In this document: positions 24,301-38,082 of the stretch, piece by piece
Layout of the letters: every line of letters begins with the position of its first letter
Position numbering within the stretch: position 1 is the first letter of the stretch
NCBI GenBank assembly: GCA_000697335.1
Contig: JNEM01008406.1
Location: 1-40,529, forward strand
Reading direction: 5' to 3'
Length of the DNA: 40,529 bases
Source: Conidiobolus incongruus B7586
Lineage: Eukaryota
Notes under the pieces: model-generated
What the model was told of the DNA's origin: nothing
What the model saw: the letters and a program-made list of their open reading frames with translations, nothing else
The model's database searches: none
Program-made: the position numbers and the translations under genes

Positions 24301-25145
24301 AAAATAATTAAACTATTAATTTAATATTTTTCACCAAAAAATGAAAAACTAAATACTATTGTAATGTCTAGTGTCACTAAATAAGTATGACTTAGACATT
24401 TTTTTATTACCCAATGAGCACTTCTACATTGTTACCTGAATTTGTATGAGACTTAAGTTAATCGTGATGACAACGTCAGTTTCAGTTTGATCATCAAATA
24501 TTTTATAGCGAAATTGGATATATAATGTTCAAAATTTTAAATTTATATTTCCTTCGCTTATTATTAATTAATTCATCTATAAAAAATAATTTTATTAATT
24601 ATGAATCATAATTTACTAGAGAAATTATCTTAATCTGAATTTTAATTTAATTGATCAATATATCACATGGTTTTTATAAAAATAATAAAATTTCAAATTT
24701 GAATTGATATTAAAAAATATATTGATTCTATTTTAATAAAATATGTACATATACAAGTTAAAATTAAAATACAATTTAAAATGTATTCATTATACTGTGC
24801 TTGATTTAATACAATACTTTTATTATTTAAAGTTATTTTGAAATGCACCTATCACAGATAAATGAAGATAATAATAATAATTAATTTTAAATAATACAAA
24901 TAATATTCATTCAAAATAATAATTTTAACTTGATTAATAACAATAACTCAATGCTTTGATATTGATTTGTATTTTATCAGTTGATTTTATCCTATTAAAT
25001 TTTATGGATTAAATAGACCCTTGTGAAAAATATTTGCAACAAAATAAAACAAAAGCCACTTTGAATATATAAAATGTATTTTTTTAACAATATAATTTGT
25101 TCATTGAGATTATTAAAAAAATTAAAAATAATAATAATAATATCA

Positions 25146-26367
25146 ATGAATAGAATAAGGTCTAACAGTTTGATTAAACAATTAAGATACTTTAATCCTT
25201 CTAGTTTGAGCTATTACCCTAGAAAATTAAAATCTGGTTCCCTATCTAAGCACACAAATCAATTTGGAGAGTACTCTATTATCGGACCTAACCAATACTG
25301 TAGGAATGAATTACCAATTTAGACGTAGATAATATCGTGCTACAGCATATTGTCAAATTTAACTGCTTATACGTCACAATCTGCAAGTTAGAGTGAATTA
25401 ATATAATTAAATGATGACGAAGATTTGTTAAAAATTTTTAAAGTTTGTCAACTGGTTAAGAGAGTTTTACAGTTATGAGGAAGTTTATATCTGGTAATTA
25501 TCTTACTTCAATAGCAAATTTTGGTTTTTATTACTTTTATTCAATGAAGACTTTCAAAATATATAGGAAGGAGTAATTACTGAGCACATTGATCAAAAAG
25601 TGAGAGAATATATTGTTGAATAGTGTGGATAGCATTTTAAATTATCTTGGTTTCTCCAATTCTATTTGTACTATTAATAATGTGATTTGTCATAGCATCC
25701 CTGACAGGTGTTTATATTTAACAGTTATAATAATCGTCATTCAACAAATACTTTGAATTAGTCGTCCATTACATAATGGTGATATCATTAATATCGATGT
25801 GATGGTATATTAGCTTCAATATAAATAGTATTTTTTTTAATTGTGCTTAATTCAGGTGTATTACAAGGGATTCCATGGGGATACATCAGCTAATTTTCTA
25901 GTAGGTGAAGTAAATGTACTTGGTTTGGAGTTAGTTGAAGTAACTAAAATGTGTCTGAATAAAGCTATCAATATTTGTGGACCTGATATCCCCCTTAAAG
26001 AGATAGGAAACATTATAAAGTAATCTGAGCTATCAAATATTTAAAATTAACTAATTGATCATTGTATTTAAATTAATAGAAATATTGCCAGTTAATATCA
26101 TTTTAGCGTATCTGAAGTGTTAATGAGTCACGGTATTGGAAGGATGTTTCATGAATTCCACTTATCCTCCACCATGCGAATGATGAGCCAGGTACTATGA
26201 TGGAAGGAATGAGTTTCACTATTGAGCCAATCCTCTGCCAAGGTACCAGTCTTGGGATGAAATGGGATGATAATTAAACCATCATCACCAAAAATGGTGA
26301 TAAATCTGTTCAATTTGAGCATACTGTAATAGTCACTTCTGATGGTGTTGAGATCTTGACAAAATAA
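25146..26367 (+). pseudogene. Methionine aminopeptidase type 1 (probably organellar MAP1D-like) unprocessed pseudogene
   Basis: Motif remnants LNYLGFSNSICT.NNVICHSIPD, RPLHNGDIINIDV, GFHGDTS, HGIGRMFHE, GMSFTIEP and SVQFEHTVIVTSDGVEILT. Four GT-AG introns are retained. There are many in-frame stops (e.g. 25320, 25477, ~26275) and frameshifts. The basic, Ser-rich N-terminus has no zinc finger and looks like a presequence. Confidence 0.9.
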
Positions 26368-27432
26368 ATGCCAAAATTCATTAAAATTCCAAAATTGTCA
26401 TAATTTTGATCAGTAATTTATAGTTCGTTTTTCGTTAAGACATATTATTTTCCAGATTATAAATTTGCTCTTAAAATAAATTATGCATTAATTCAATATC
26501 AACTAAAATTGATAATAATAATAATAATAATGAGTTAATGAATCGAGCGGATAACAGTATATTGAACAGAATATTATGAAATAATTTGTTATCTATTATA
26601 TATTTATCTATCAGGTTTAATGAAAAAGCGTAATACGAATATTGGTACTGAAAATTTTTAAATTCTCCAGTAAGTTACCAAAATTGGGAGTATAATTAAT
26701 ATAATTTTAAATATATATATATATATATATATTCCTTGAATTTTTTTTAACACATATATGCTGTTTATTTATCATGAAGTATATCAAAATATATCTTTCA
26801 ACATCATAATGGACCTATTTCAAGTCTTGGATATATTGTAAGGATAATAAGTAAAACAATAAAATGATTCTATTAGTTAATTTACACATGTCATAATTTA
26901 AACAAAATTTATTCTCCAATATTAATTAAATATAGTCTATTCAAAATATAAATACTAATTTTATATCCATTTTTCGAAACGGTGGGAAATTTTTGACATA
27001 AAATTTAATCAATTAAGTATTAAAATTATATTTTAGAATATATATATATAATTTTCTGTAATAAAAATTCTCTAATATGTGATATTTATTATTATATATT
27101 TGAAAAACTTGTAATTTAATGAATTAACATAAATTTTACAAAGAAATTCATTTTAATTTAATCAGAAGGATATTTTTTCAAAATGTTTCAGTCAAGTTTT
27201 AATTCAAATAAATTTCAATAAATTTGTATAAATTGAGATAGTTTGAATAAATAGTCGTGAGAATTGTCGACATCACCCTTTATATTTATTCAAACTTAGA
27301 TTTATTCGCTCAATTGTATATAAATATATTGATTCCCCTTTTGTAATTCCATTTATTAAATAATTTAGCCAAAATTTTAATTAAAAATTATTCAACTTTT
27401 GTATTAAATTTTAAATATCATAAATTAGCAAA

Positions 27433-30400
27433 ATGGAAAATGGAGTTCATAAACCTACATCAGATCTTAAACCACAGTCGCAGACTGGTAACCTTGTCAC
27501 AGAACCTCAAAGGACAACTCCTAATTTGGCAACATCGTTGAAATTCGTCTCCATCATGAAATCAAGATTAGCTAATAATAGAGATAATAAAGAAAAAGAA
27601 TTGGAAGAAGAGAGAGGTGCGATCCAGGTCCTTCCAGAGTGGTCAGGAATGTGTGAAGTAACTACCTTAATATTTCAACTATATTTATTTATATTTATTA
27701 AATTTAATAATTTAGCTTAATCATTTAGGGTTTCCAGGGACTATACAATGTGTTGCATTCGACCCTGTACAAAGTTTATTAGCTTTAGGTAATTTTCGAG
27801 CACATAATTAAATATTAATATAAAAAATACTCAATTTATTCAAGGTACTTCAACTGGTCAATTAATTATTCTTGGTCAACAGGGACTTACTGTGCGTTTT
27901 CAAATATTTCAACATGCCCATTTTCAAAAAATCCTATTCTTATCCCACCTTCCATTAATTATCACATTAAACAGTGTGAACACAATCCATATGATTGATT
28001 TAGCCAATTTAACTTGCAATCAAATTTACCGCTCCCCTCAGACGATTAATACGATATCCAGTTATCCACACTCGAAGTGGATATTCTTAGGATTTGAAGA
28101 TGGTCGAATTGTATTACTTGATATCATTTATGGTTGGGTATCCAATTTCTTATTACCAACAATTAACTGTCCAGTAATTAAAATACTACCACATCCCACC
28201 AATTTCCATCAAGTTTTAGCTGGATACATTGATGGTAGCGTAGTGTTATATGATTTAAAACAGTCCAGACCACTAAAAAAATTTGACTTTAACCAAAACC
28301 CAAATATCGAAACTAAACTTCATTTATCTGCATTAAGCTGGAATCCCAATACCGAAGAATTTGTCTGTGGGTTTGACAATGGTTGGTTAGTTTTCTGGAA
28401 ATGTGATTCAGATGAACCTATTGCCATTCGCACTATTAATGATTCCATTCTGGATATTGGCCTTGAAATGGCTTTACCAGATTCTTATGAAAGAATTTTT
28501 GATATAAAATGGTGTAATTATTCAAATGACTCTAGCATCACCACTTTATTAGTGGCAGGAGGAGATGTTATTGATGGTGATCACAGTGTACGACGATTAG
28601 ATTTTAAACTTAGTGACTATACTAATGTGCAAGATGAGGTGTTATTCAATATTCCTAGCACACCAATCGAGATCACTGTTTTCCCTAAGGATACTCCCTG
28701 GTATGGTGGGTGCAAAGACCCTCAAGTCGTCACTATTCTCTGCAATCAAGGTGAATTGAAGGGATTCTCTATGGATGCTACTGAATTGGAACTCCCATAT
28801 ATTTTGGAGACAAGATCTGTTAATGCACAACCTTTCCATTATGTGTTTGACTGTTCCCCACCCATCTTTGAAACATTGACAGATTTTGAAAGACTTAAAG
28901 TCCAACCACGTCTAGAGCTCAATGGTGGCATTGTCCAACCCCCAGCCACATTTACCAACATGGAAATCTTGGTAGCATTAGATCCCAATACATCTATCCT
29001 TCGATTCTACGACTCTTCACGCTACCATCGCATTAGCAATTTACATTACCTCAAACTTAATCCAAACCAATTTCCCAGCTTTAGGAACTTTGGAGAATTG
29101 AAGCTTATGGGAATGGATGTTGAAACTGGATACATATGGCTCGGGATGGAAAATGGCGCTCTTCTGATCTATGAATTCTGTGCTCATGTCAAATGTAAAA
29201 GACATTCACCTCATCCAAGTCGCTATGAAATCGAGCATGATCACGTTGAAATTCCAAATAACCAACCTAGTCAAACTTCTGCTCCTCCTGGAAATCAATT
29301 CCTTTCTGTTAATGACGGTCCTATCAAACTAAAAAGATCTCAGTCTATTAGCTCGATTCACAGTCAAACACAGATTCAGTCCAATTTTCAATCGGTTGTT
29401 GTTGACTTGAATAACAACAATAGATTTAGACTTGATTGGTATAAGGAAAAAATACAAGATGATGTCAAGCCTTATCCATACTGCTCGATCCTAGGTCTTG
29501 AAGACACTCCCAATTTACTCCAAGTTCACCATTCTATATTAATTGCAAGTGATCAATGTGGTAATTTGGTTATTTTCAATCTGAGAACTCGACACTTCCT
29601 CTATCCCTATACCCCGCTCACATCTACTAATGACCCTAAGCCCAATATTGAAAAAAATCTCAATCTCAATCATTTTAATCAATCTAACGACTATGTAACT
29701 AGTTGTTATGTTCCCCAACAAGAACCACTTAAATATATCCTAATTGGTACCAAGAACGGTCATTTATTCCGCTATAACTTTGAATTGACCATCACTGGTT
29801 TAGAGTTAACAAAAGGTAACTATTTTTATTGATTATGTATAAATATTAAATAACTTAAAAATTTAGTTGAATGTGTTTATTCAACAAAGTCATCTGAAGC
29901 AATCACTTTTGTGGATATCTTCCCTTATCAAATGTCTCCCGATGAAATATCAGCTACTTCAAAAACCTCAAGTACCCCAGGTGCCCTAATAGATAAGCTA
30001 ATTACACTTACGAAATCCAACACCTCAGATTCAGGATCAAATGGAATGCCTAGTTTATCTCCAACTGAAAAACTAAAACAGATGGACAAATCATGGACTA
30101 GCTTAGTCAAACAAATGAGCAAAAAAAAACTTAAAAAGGAAAAATCAAAAGAATGTGATCTCAATGATGATTTTGCATCTAAGCCAATGGCTAAATTAAG
30201 CTTAGATAGCGTTCCAGAGTCTGGAGAAACTGACGATTTCGATCCAACTACGCCTACATCAGATGAAAATTCTAAAAATTCACCAGATAGCGAACCAAAA
30301 ACACCAACAACACCGACTGAGCGGAATGAACAAAGTACTAATGATCAAAAGGTTGAACTATCTGCTAAGAATGAAAATTCAGATACCAATATAAATCCTA

Positions 30401-31373
30401 TTACCAATTCTACTCCATTCGAAACTCCAAGACGTTTATCCCTCGCATCTCAGACTGATCCCACTATTAAGGAATTGTTGATAATAGGATCTGAAGCATC
30501 ACTTAATGTAGTTAGATTTGATAACTTTGTATCTATAGTCAACGATGGTATCAATATGAGCTCAGAATTTGGTAAACTTATTAAATGTAAACTCATATAT
30601 CAAGACGAACAGCCTATCCTTATTTGTGTGAGCGATACAGGTATTGTTTATCTATATCAATTACCTGATCTATTGGTTGTGCTCAGAAGTAAAATTATTG
30701 ACTGGAATCCAACTTTGTAATAGTTTATTCAGATTTTCTACTTTCAATCTATTAACTTTATTTTGTTTAGATCACACAGTCTTGAAATATCCAATCAGGG
30801 TAAGATTTTCTATAGGGGAAATCCAAGTGAGGCCAAAATCAATGCATTATTTTTCAATGAAGAGACAGAAGCCCTTTCAAGAAACCTTCTTGGTCAACTC
30901 TATAACCCTCGTAGGACATGTCCAGATCTTCCAACTGCTAATAAAAGTTGGTGGAGTAGCTTTAATAAAATTCGTCAAGATACAATTTTTGCTTTGTGTA
31001 AGTAAATATATATTAGATTAAGTTAAAGCTAACTAATTTACATATTTTAGTTGATCAAGACCGTCCTGATAACCTTCGTCCTATTGACAGATCTCAAAAC
31101 TCCAACTCACTGAATTCACTAGCAACTAACCGTCTCCGCGTTCACTCTCCCCATTTTTCTACTCATTCACCTGCTGGCTCATCTGGTAATGCCCCTAAAT
31201 CGGGACTAGGTCAAGTATTTTCCCAGAACAGAGATAAATTAAGAGAAAGGTACGAAGAGTTAGAAAGATTGGACGACAAGACGAGACAGACTGCTGATGC
31301 GGCCCAAGGATTCCTCGAAGCCGTCAAAGAATATACTGAGAAACAAAATAATAAGAAATGGTATCAATGGTAA
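27433..31373 (+). CDS. Tomosyn / Sro7 / Lgl family WD40 exocytosis regulator with C-terminal R-SNARE-like motif, 6 exons, ~1222 aa
   Basis: Exons 27433-27657, 27716-27788, 27845-29815, 29867-30716, 30771-30997, 31051-31373 give an open frame. N-terminal HLGFPGTIQCVAFDPVQSLLALGTSTG, WD40 repeats, and C-terminus NRDKLRERYEELERLDDKTRQTADAAQGFLEAVKEYTEKQNNKKWYQW. Confidence 0.9.
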
Positions 31374-31960
31374 ATGATCACCTAAACGTTAATTTATAAA
31401 ATTATGCTATTAGCTATTAAAATATTTATATAATAAACTTATATTTACTCCAATTTCTCTGATTTGCTTAGTCATTTTTTAAACAATATATTCTCTAAGA
31501 TGTATATTTTTATATTCAAAAAGTTATACATATTTATACTTAAGCTAATTTGCAATGATTATTGTTCAATTAAATTTTTATTGGTTAATCAAATATAAAC
31601 TAGATCTATTAAAAATTTTATTCTAACTATATTACTTTAAAATTTTTTAGATTTGTAACAATATAATGGTAGTTCTTGGTATATAATAGATATTAATTGT
31701 AAAACACACTATATACAATAATGATAATAATAATAATCATAATAATAATTTTTGAATTTTATTTCATAATCCCATAAATCCAAATAACTAAACACTAACT
31801 TCAAACAACTTAAATTCAGGGAATAAATTGGTGATTTTATAAATTTGATAATCAATCATATCTTATTCAAAGAAATATTATATTTCGATTGATCAAGTTA
31901 TAGAATAAAATTATATATATTACATAAATTATTTGATTCAGTTGAATTTTAATAAACAGT

Positions 31961-34900
31961 ATGGATCCATATGATGACCTTGATGACCCTGAATTTATTC
32001 ATCCAGCTTTAAGAGGCCGTTTAAATTCAAATTTAACGAGTGAGCTACCTTCAGGGCCATCTGCCAAAGTTATTCGCGTTAATCAATCAAACGACTCTCC
32101 ATTTGGTGATGAAGAACCTATGCCTACATTAGAATCCATACCATCCAATATAAACGAAACAGATAATAATGTAATTAAATCATCTGACAGTTTGGAAAAA
32201 GATAAAATCGATTTAGATGTGAAACTCCCTGCATTTGATTCAAATTTTCATGGTAATCATCCTTCTTCAAAACCTAAAAAACTATCGCTTTTTGCTCAGA
32301 AAAGATTACAAAAACAGAAAGAATCTGCCAGTAACATTAATACATCTCAAAATAGTACAAGCTTAGAAGCTAAACCCATAATTGGTGAAGTTATTGATCA
32401 TTTACCATCTTCAACAGAAGTCGAAAATCCTATTATTGTCCAACCAAGAGGTTTCCCACAGGTTACCAGAGATTTCATATCTCCCAGTAGCACTGAAAAA
32501 TTCAATTTCAGAACTGGTCCCAGTCAAACAATGCAATATAGCAATGATATCGATGATCTCATGAAGCAGAATATTAGTCAGGAAAATGACCAGAGATTGG
32601 CCTCGATGACTCCTGAAGACATCCAACAACAACTCAATGTGCTATTATCAGGTGTAAGACCTGAAACTCTCAAAGTTTTAGAAAGAATGCGAGGTAAAAG
32701 TGATACAAGTAAACCAAACGAAAAATCTCAAAACACTACTCAAAAGGTAACTATATTATTTTTCCTTCCAAGATGATTTTATTTATAATGCTTAAGGAAA
32801 CTGAAAATTACAAAAGAGTCACATTTAACATTCCAAACGACCCAATTAAACGCGAACACCAAGATGCTGACTATCTTAAATATTTTCAAGGAGTTCCCAT
32901 TGAACATGATAAACTCGAATGGATGAAAAATTTGCAAAATGATAACAAATCTGAACTAGATATTATTCAAGATACTCGTTTTAATCTCCAAGGAGTACCC
33001 ATTGTTAATTCGAAACTCACGGATGATTCTTATTTAAGTGGTCTTCATCATCATGGTGAACAATCTCATTTACCAGGCTATACCATCAAAGAGCTATTAA
33101 CACTGTCAAGGTCCACTAATTTATCTCAAAGCTGTCTTGCCCTTGATATTTTAAGCAAGGTTGTTTACAACTGTCAAAAAGGGAACTATAAAACATGGGA
33201 ACAGACTCGGTCATTAATAATGAATGATGGCGTATGTTTATTTATGAGAGGAACCTTGGGAATGGGTAATCGTAGTTCGACAACATTTGCCATAAAAGGA
33301 ATTGCAGAATCTATTGTTAATCTCGATTTGATGCAACTTGAAGACCAACTCTTCCAGTATGGCAACACTAAACTTTTATTTACTTCTCAGTTTGGCTCTG
33401 GTGGATATTCTGACACTCAAAATCAAATTAATACTATCAAAAATGATCCAGAATCTGATATTAATGAATTAGGACAATTAGATACAACTGTCTTTTTATT
33501 AAGTATTGATATTTTAGGTAGTATTTGTCACATGTTAAAGGAGTTTGCTTTGCCTAAAAATAGTCTCGACCACATTCTTTTAATTCTCAACAGCATCAGC
33601 GTTCACTCTAAATCTGCAGCCAAGGAAATCTGGGACACTAAGGGTTTAATAAGTGCAATCAAGAAGCGATTCCTCACCAATCCATCTATCTTTTTCAAGC
33701 CGGTTAAAGAGGATGAGGAACTTGATGACTTTGATATGGTTGATCCCTATAATTATGAATTACCTCCAAACTTTTTGGCCTTCCGACTTATCAAATTATT
33801 GGCACTCGTTGATGATGATATCGCTCAAGAAATCTTTTCAAATGAATTCATTCCCTCTTTGTCCCCTCCTCCATCTTCTAATGACGATCGTTTAGAATCA
33901 TATTTCAGAGTTGTGAATGAAATCATTGGTTTATGGAAAGAATTCGTTGGTAATAATCAAGTTCAACTTTGGTCACAATTCAGAAGCGAAGGTTTACCTA
34001 ATGTCAGACGATTTTTTGGATTGAATCGAAGTGAAATAATTCATAAATTAACCAGCCGAAATGGCATGAAAATGGGCAATCTTGCCAATGCTGTAAGCAA
34101 TATGTTCAACTTGCTCAATCTTATTATCAATCACTCCAACCAAGAATGGGAAGACGTTACCAAGAGTAATTCTAGCATTTCCGATTTCTTTGATCTTGGA
34201 TTGCATTTGTATCTTGAAATTATGAAGAAACCAGATAATGAATACGGATTATTACTCTCCAATGTGCTTCAATTTTTAAATAGCTACACCCAAACGTTCT
34301 CTGTTCAAAGTCATATTAATTATGGGTTATTGACAGAGTTTTTAACCAGTAATTTCGCCAAAATTCAATCTCAGCTCACTTTACTTTCTGCTCAAGTGAA
34401 CGAATATAATAGCATTACCAAATTGAATGGATGGACCAATTTGAAATCAAGACAGCTAGGACCTTATATTTTACCACCAGACATGAGCGAAATACTCGAA
34501 TTGACAAGCAATTTATTCTTTAATGAATTGTCAATTTTCACACAATTGATTAGCATATTATCAAGAACATCTGTGTCAAGCTTTAACGATAATCTTATCA
34601 ATATCATCAATACTATTGTTCTGAAGTTGATCAACTTACCATATTCCTATTTCAAATGTCTAAACAATCATATTAATCCATTGTTTGATTTCTTATCTTC
34701 TTGGATTTTCCTTTTCTTTGATAGAGTAAATCCTAAATTGACTTCTGATCAGCTTTCAACTGCTTATCTTGCACTTGTTAAATCTCTCAATATTCCAGCT
34801 GCTGAATGGATGAAGAACTTAGGAAAGCACTCTCAAATACTATTCAACAAAACAATTGTGGAAAAGATTTTAGATTTTGGAGATAAAGATCATTTGGTAG

Positions 34901-35625
34901 AATTGACTGGAGTTCTTACTGTATTATATTCTAATATTGAGCTTCAACCATCTTATTATAATTGGATATTTACTCCAATGCTAACTCTTTGGAACCTTAA
35001 TCCCAGTAATCACAACCAGTTAGACAATTTTGAAGATTTATTCAACAATGAAGATATCGTTAAATCGATGGGAATGATCTTCAGCTATTATCTTCAAATC
35101 AAAGCCCTAGATCACAAATTAGGCACCAATTTGATCAGTTCACATCTCGATTATATCTCCATGATGCAATACGTTGCACTCTTAAAATTATCTCCAGATT
35201 TGAATATTTTGAACCCATTATTCTTGGAACCAATTCAACAAATCCTCAATTTCCCTCTAGCTAACCCCATACCTTACAATGAACAGGACTTTAAGTTGAA
35301 ACCTTCAGAGATTTATCGTGGCTTCATCGACATCTACAAAGAATTAAGTTATAAGAACGAAATATTAGCCCATCTCCTCATCATTCCACTTCATCCCAAA
35401 CTTCGATTCGATCGCATTATCGAACTGTTCTGGTCTCAAGTCAACGAAGAAGTCGAATTTTTCCCATGGCACATGACCTGTGCACCCCGTCTCTTGGACC
35501 AATGGGATGATTACTGCCAAATTGACCCGAGCATGGAGAATTCCATTGTTAAAAATGCCAAATTGAAATTAGTACACAAATTTGACAATTTGAATGAGAA
35601 CTGGGTTAAATTTGCTAAACTTTAA
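31961..35625 (+). CDS. RBA50: RNA polymerase II-associated protein Rba50/RPAP1, 2 exons, ~1204 aa
   Basis: Intron 32747-32796 joins the two ORFs in frame. RPAP1_N motif ISQENDQRLASMTPEDIQQQ; RPAP1_C motifs KLEWM, RFNLQG and GLHHHGEQSHLPGYTIKELLTLSRS. Confidence 0.9.
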
Positions 35626-36592
35626 AATATTATTTGTATAATTTATTTGCGTTATTAAAATATTTACCTATATTTATTGTTTATATATATATATATATAT
35701 CTATTTTATTGGCAATCATATATATTTTCGTCACTTTAAATTATATTTATGACTAAATTTAATATTAAAATATTTAAAACAGAATTTATGTTATTGATAT
35801 AAGTATTAGCTGGTTATAATCTATATTCTGCTTGCTAACAATAAAAATATCAAGTACAAGAAAATTAAATTCATTAATTATAATACTAAACTTAAAAATA
35901 ATTTATTATCGCATAAAATTATAATTTTTGTTATTGTTAGTTTGGATATTAATTACATGATATCTTATTAAAGTAGTAAATTCCACTAAAAATTTATTGA
36001 ATTTTTCATATGATAATACTAGTTAGATGATTTAATACCAAATTCTTTAACTTGGATTTATATAATATCCAAGTCAATAAATAAATTTTTAACAAAGTAT
36101 ATGCGGTCAATTCAATAAAATTTAATACAAGTATTGGTGTTTTGTTAATGGATCATTATGTATATCACGCTGGTCATATTCTTAGATAAAAATATAAGTT
36201 AACCCATTTTTTATTAGATTTTTCCAATATAATTTTATAATCAACTTAAAAGAATGTTGAATTATAAAAATATACATCATTTGGGCAAAATAATTTTATT
36301 AAAATGTAAGATCCATACTATTTACCTCATCGTTTACTTACACACACAATTTTGGGTATTAAAATTATTATTTGTACTACTTAACCAATTCTGTTGATTG
36401 AAGCGGATTTGATAAAACTCAGTATGATACAATGCCTTGAAAACAAAATTAATTCCATTAAAGGAAGCACTACAAAAAACAGGTGAATTGCATCAGTCCC
36501 ATAACATCAGTAGCAGTTGTATTGATATTAAATGATGATCAATTTTTGTTACAGATTCAATAAGCAGTTTATCACTTATAATTATAATCAAA

Positions 36593-38082
36593 ATGTCTCA
36601 CGATCGTTATCAAAGTCCTTTAACATCTAGATATGCCTCTAAGGAGATGGCTTACAACTTCAGTGACAATAAGAAATTCGGTACCTGGAGACAGCTTTGG
36701 ATTAATTTGGCTAAGGCTGAAATGGAACTTGGTTTGACTGATATTACCCAAGAAATGATTGACGAAATGGAACAAAACAAGGTAGCTTATCTAATTATAT
36801 AATGTTTAATAATTTATTAACAGATTTTCAGACTAACATTGATTACGAACTTGCTGCTGAAGAAGAAAAGCGTCGTCGTCATGATGTTATGGCTCACGTC
36901 CACACCTACGGTGTTGCCTGTCCCAAGGCCGCTGGTATCATCCACTTGGGTGCCACTTCCTGTTTCGTCACCGACAATGCTGATCTCATTATCTTGAGAG
37001 ACGGTCTCGATTTATTAATTAAAAAATTAGTCGTTGTTATCAAGAACTTGGCTGACTTCGCCAAAGACTACAAAGATATGCCCACTTTAGGTTTCACTCA
37101 TTATCAACCCGCTCAATTGACCACTGTTGGTAAGCGTGCTACCCTCTGGCTCCAAGAATTACTCTGGGACTTACGTAACTTCACTCGTGCTCGTGACGAT
37201 CTCTTATTCCGTGGTCCTAAGGGTACTACTGGTACTCAAGGTTCTTTCCTTGCCTTGTTCAATGGTGATCACGACAAGGTTGAAGCCCTCGATCAACGTG
37301 TAGCTGAACTCAGTGGATTCTCCAAATCCTATGCCGTCACTGGTCAAACCTACTCTCGTAAAGTTGATATTGACGTCATTGCTGCCCTTGCTTCCTTCGG
37401 TGCTACTGCTCACAAGATCGCCACTGATCTCCGTCTTTTGGCTAACTTGAAGGAGATTGAAGAACCCTTTGAAAAGGATCAAATTGGTTCTTCTGCCATG
37501 GCCTACAAGCGTAACCCTATGAGATGTGAACGTATCTGTTCTTTAGCTCGTCACTTACACGCTCTTGTCCACAACACTTATGCTACCGCTAGTGTTCAAT
37601 GGTTCGAAAGAACCCTTGATGACAGTGCTAACCGTCGTATTACCAACCCTGAAGCTTTCTTGACCACCGACATTGTTTTGACCTTATTACAAAACGTCAT
37701 CTCTGGTTTAGTAGTCTATCCCCAAATCATTGCCAGCCGCATTGCCCAAGAATTACCCTTCATGGCCACCGAAAACATCATTATGGCTATGGTCAAGGCT
37801 GGAGGCGATCGTCAAGAATGTCACGAAGAGATCCGTGTCCTCTCCCACCAAGCCGCCAAGGTTGTCAAGACCGAAGGCAAGCCTAATGACTTGATCGAAC
37901 GTATCCAAAACACCCCCTACTTTGCCCCCATCCATGCTCAATTGCCTCAACTCTTGGACCCCACCACCTTCATTGGTAGAGCTCCCCAACAAGTTGAGCG
38001 CTTTTTGGAGAATGAAGTCAAGCCTGCCCTCGCACCCTTCCAAAACACTGAAGGCTTAGTTTTCGACTCTCTCAATGTCTAA
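36593..38082 (+). CDS. ADE13: Adenylosuccinate lyase, 2 exons, ~479 aa
   Basis: Intron 36782-36831. Motifs [34 protein letters not shown] and the fumarate-lyase signature [11 protein letters not shown]. Strong codon bias is consistent with high expression. Confidence 0.98.

Noticed and set aside
9270..26367. Stop-codon reassignment or selenocysteine readthrough explaining the in-frame stops in the A-T-R and MetAP loci
   Set aside because: All three stop types occur together with frameshifts and loss of conserved residues, while neighbouring intact genes translate cleanly and end in TAA/TAG.
36380..36570. GC-richer patch upstream of ADE13 containing ATGCCTT...AAGGAA (U12 snRNA-like start)
   Set aside because: It lacks the AGTAAGGA branch-pairing sequence at the right spacing and the downstream stem-loops; more likely promoter/5' UTR or an unidentifiable remnant.
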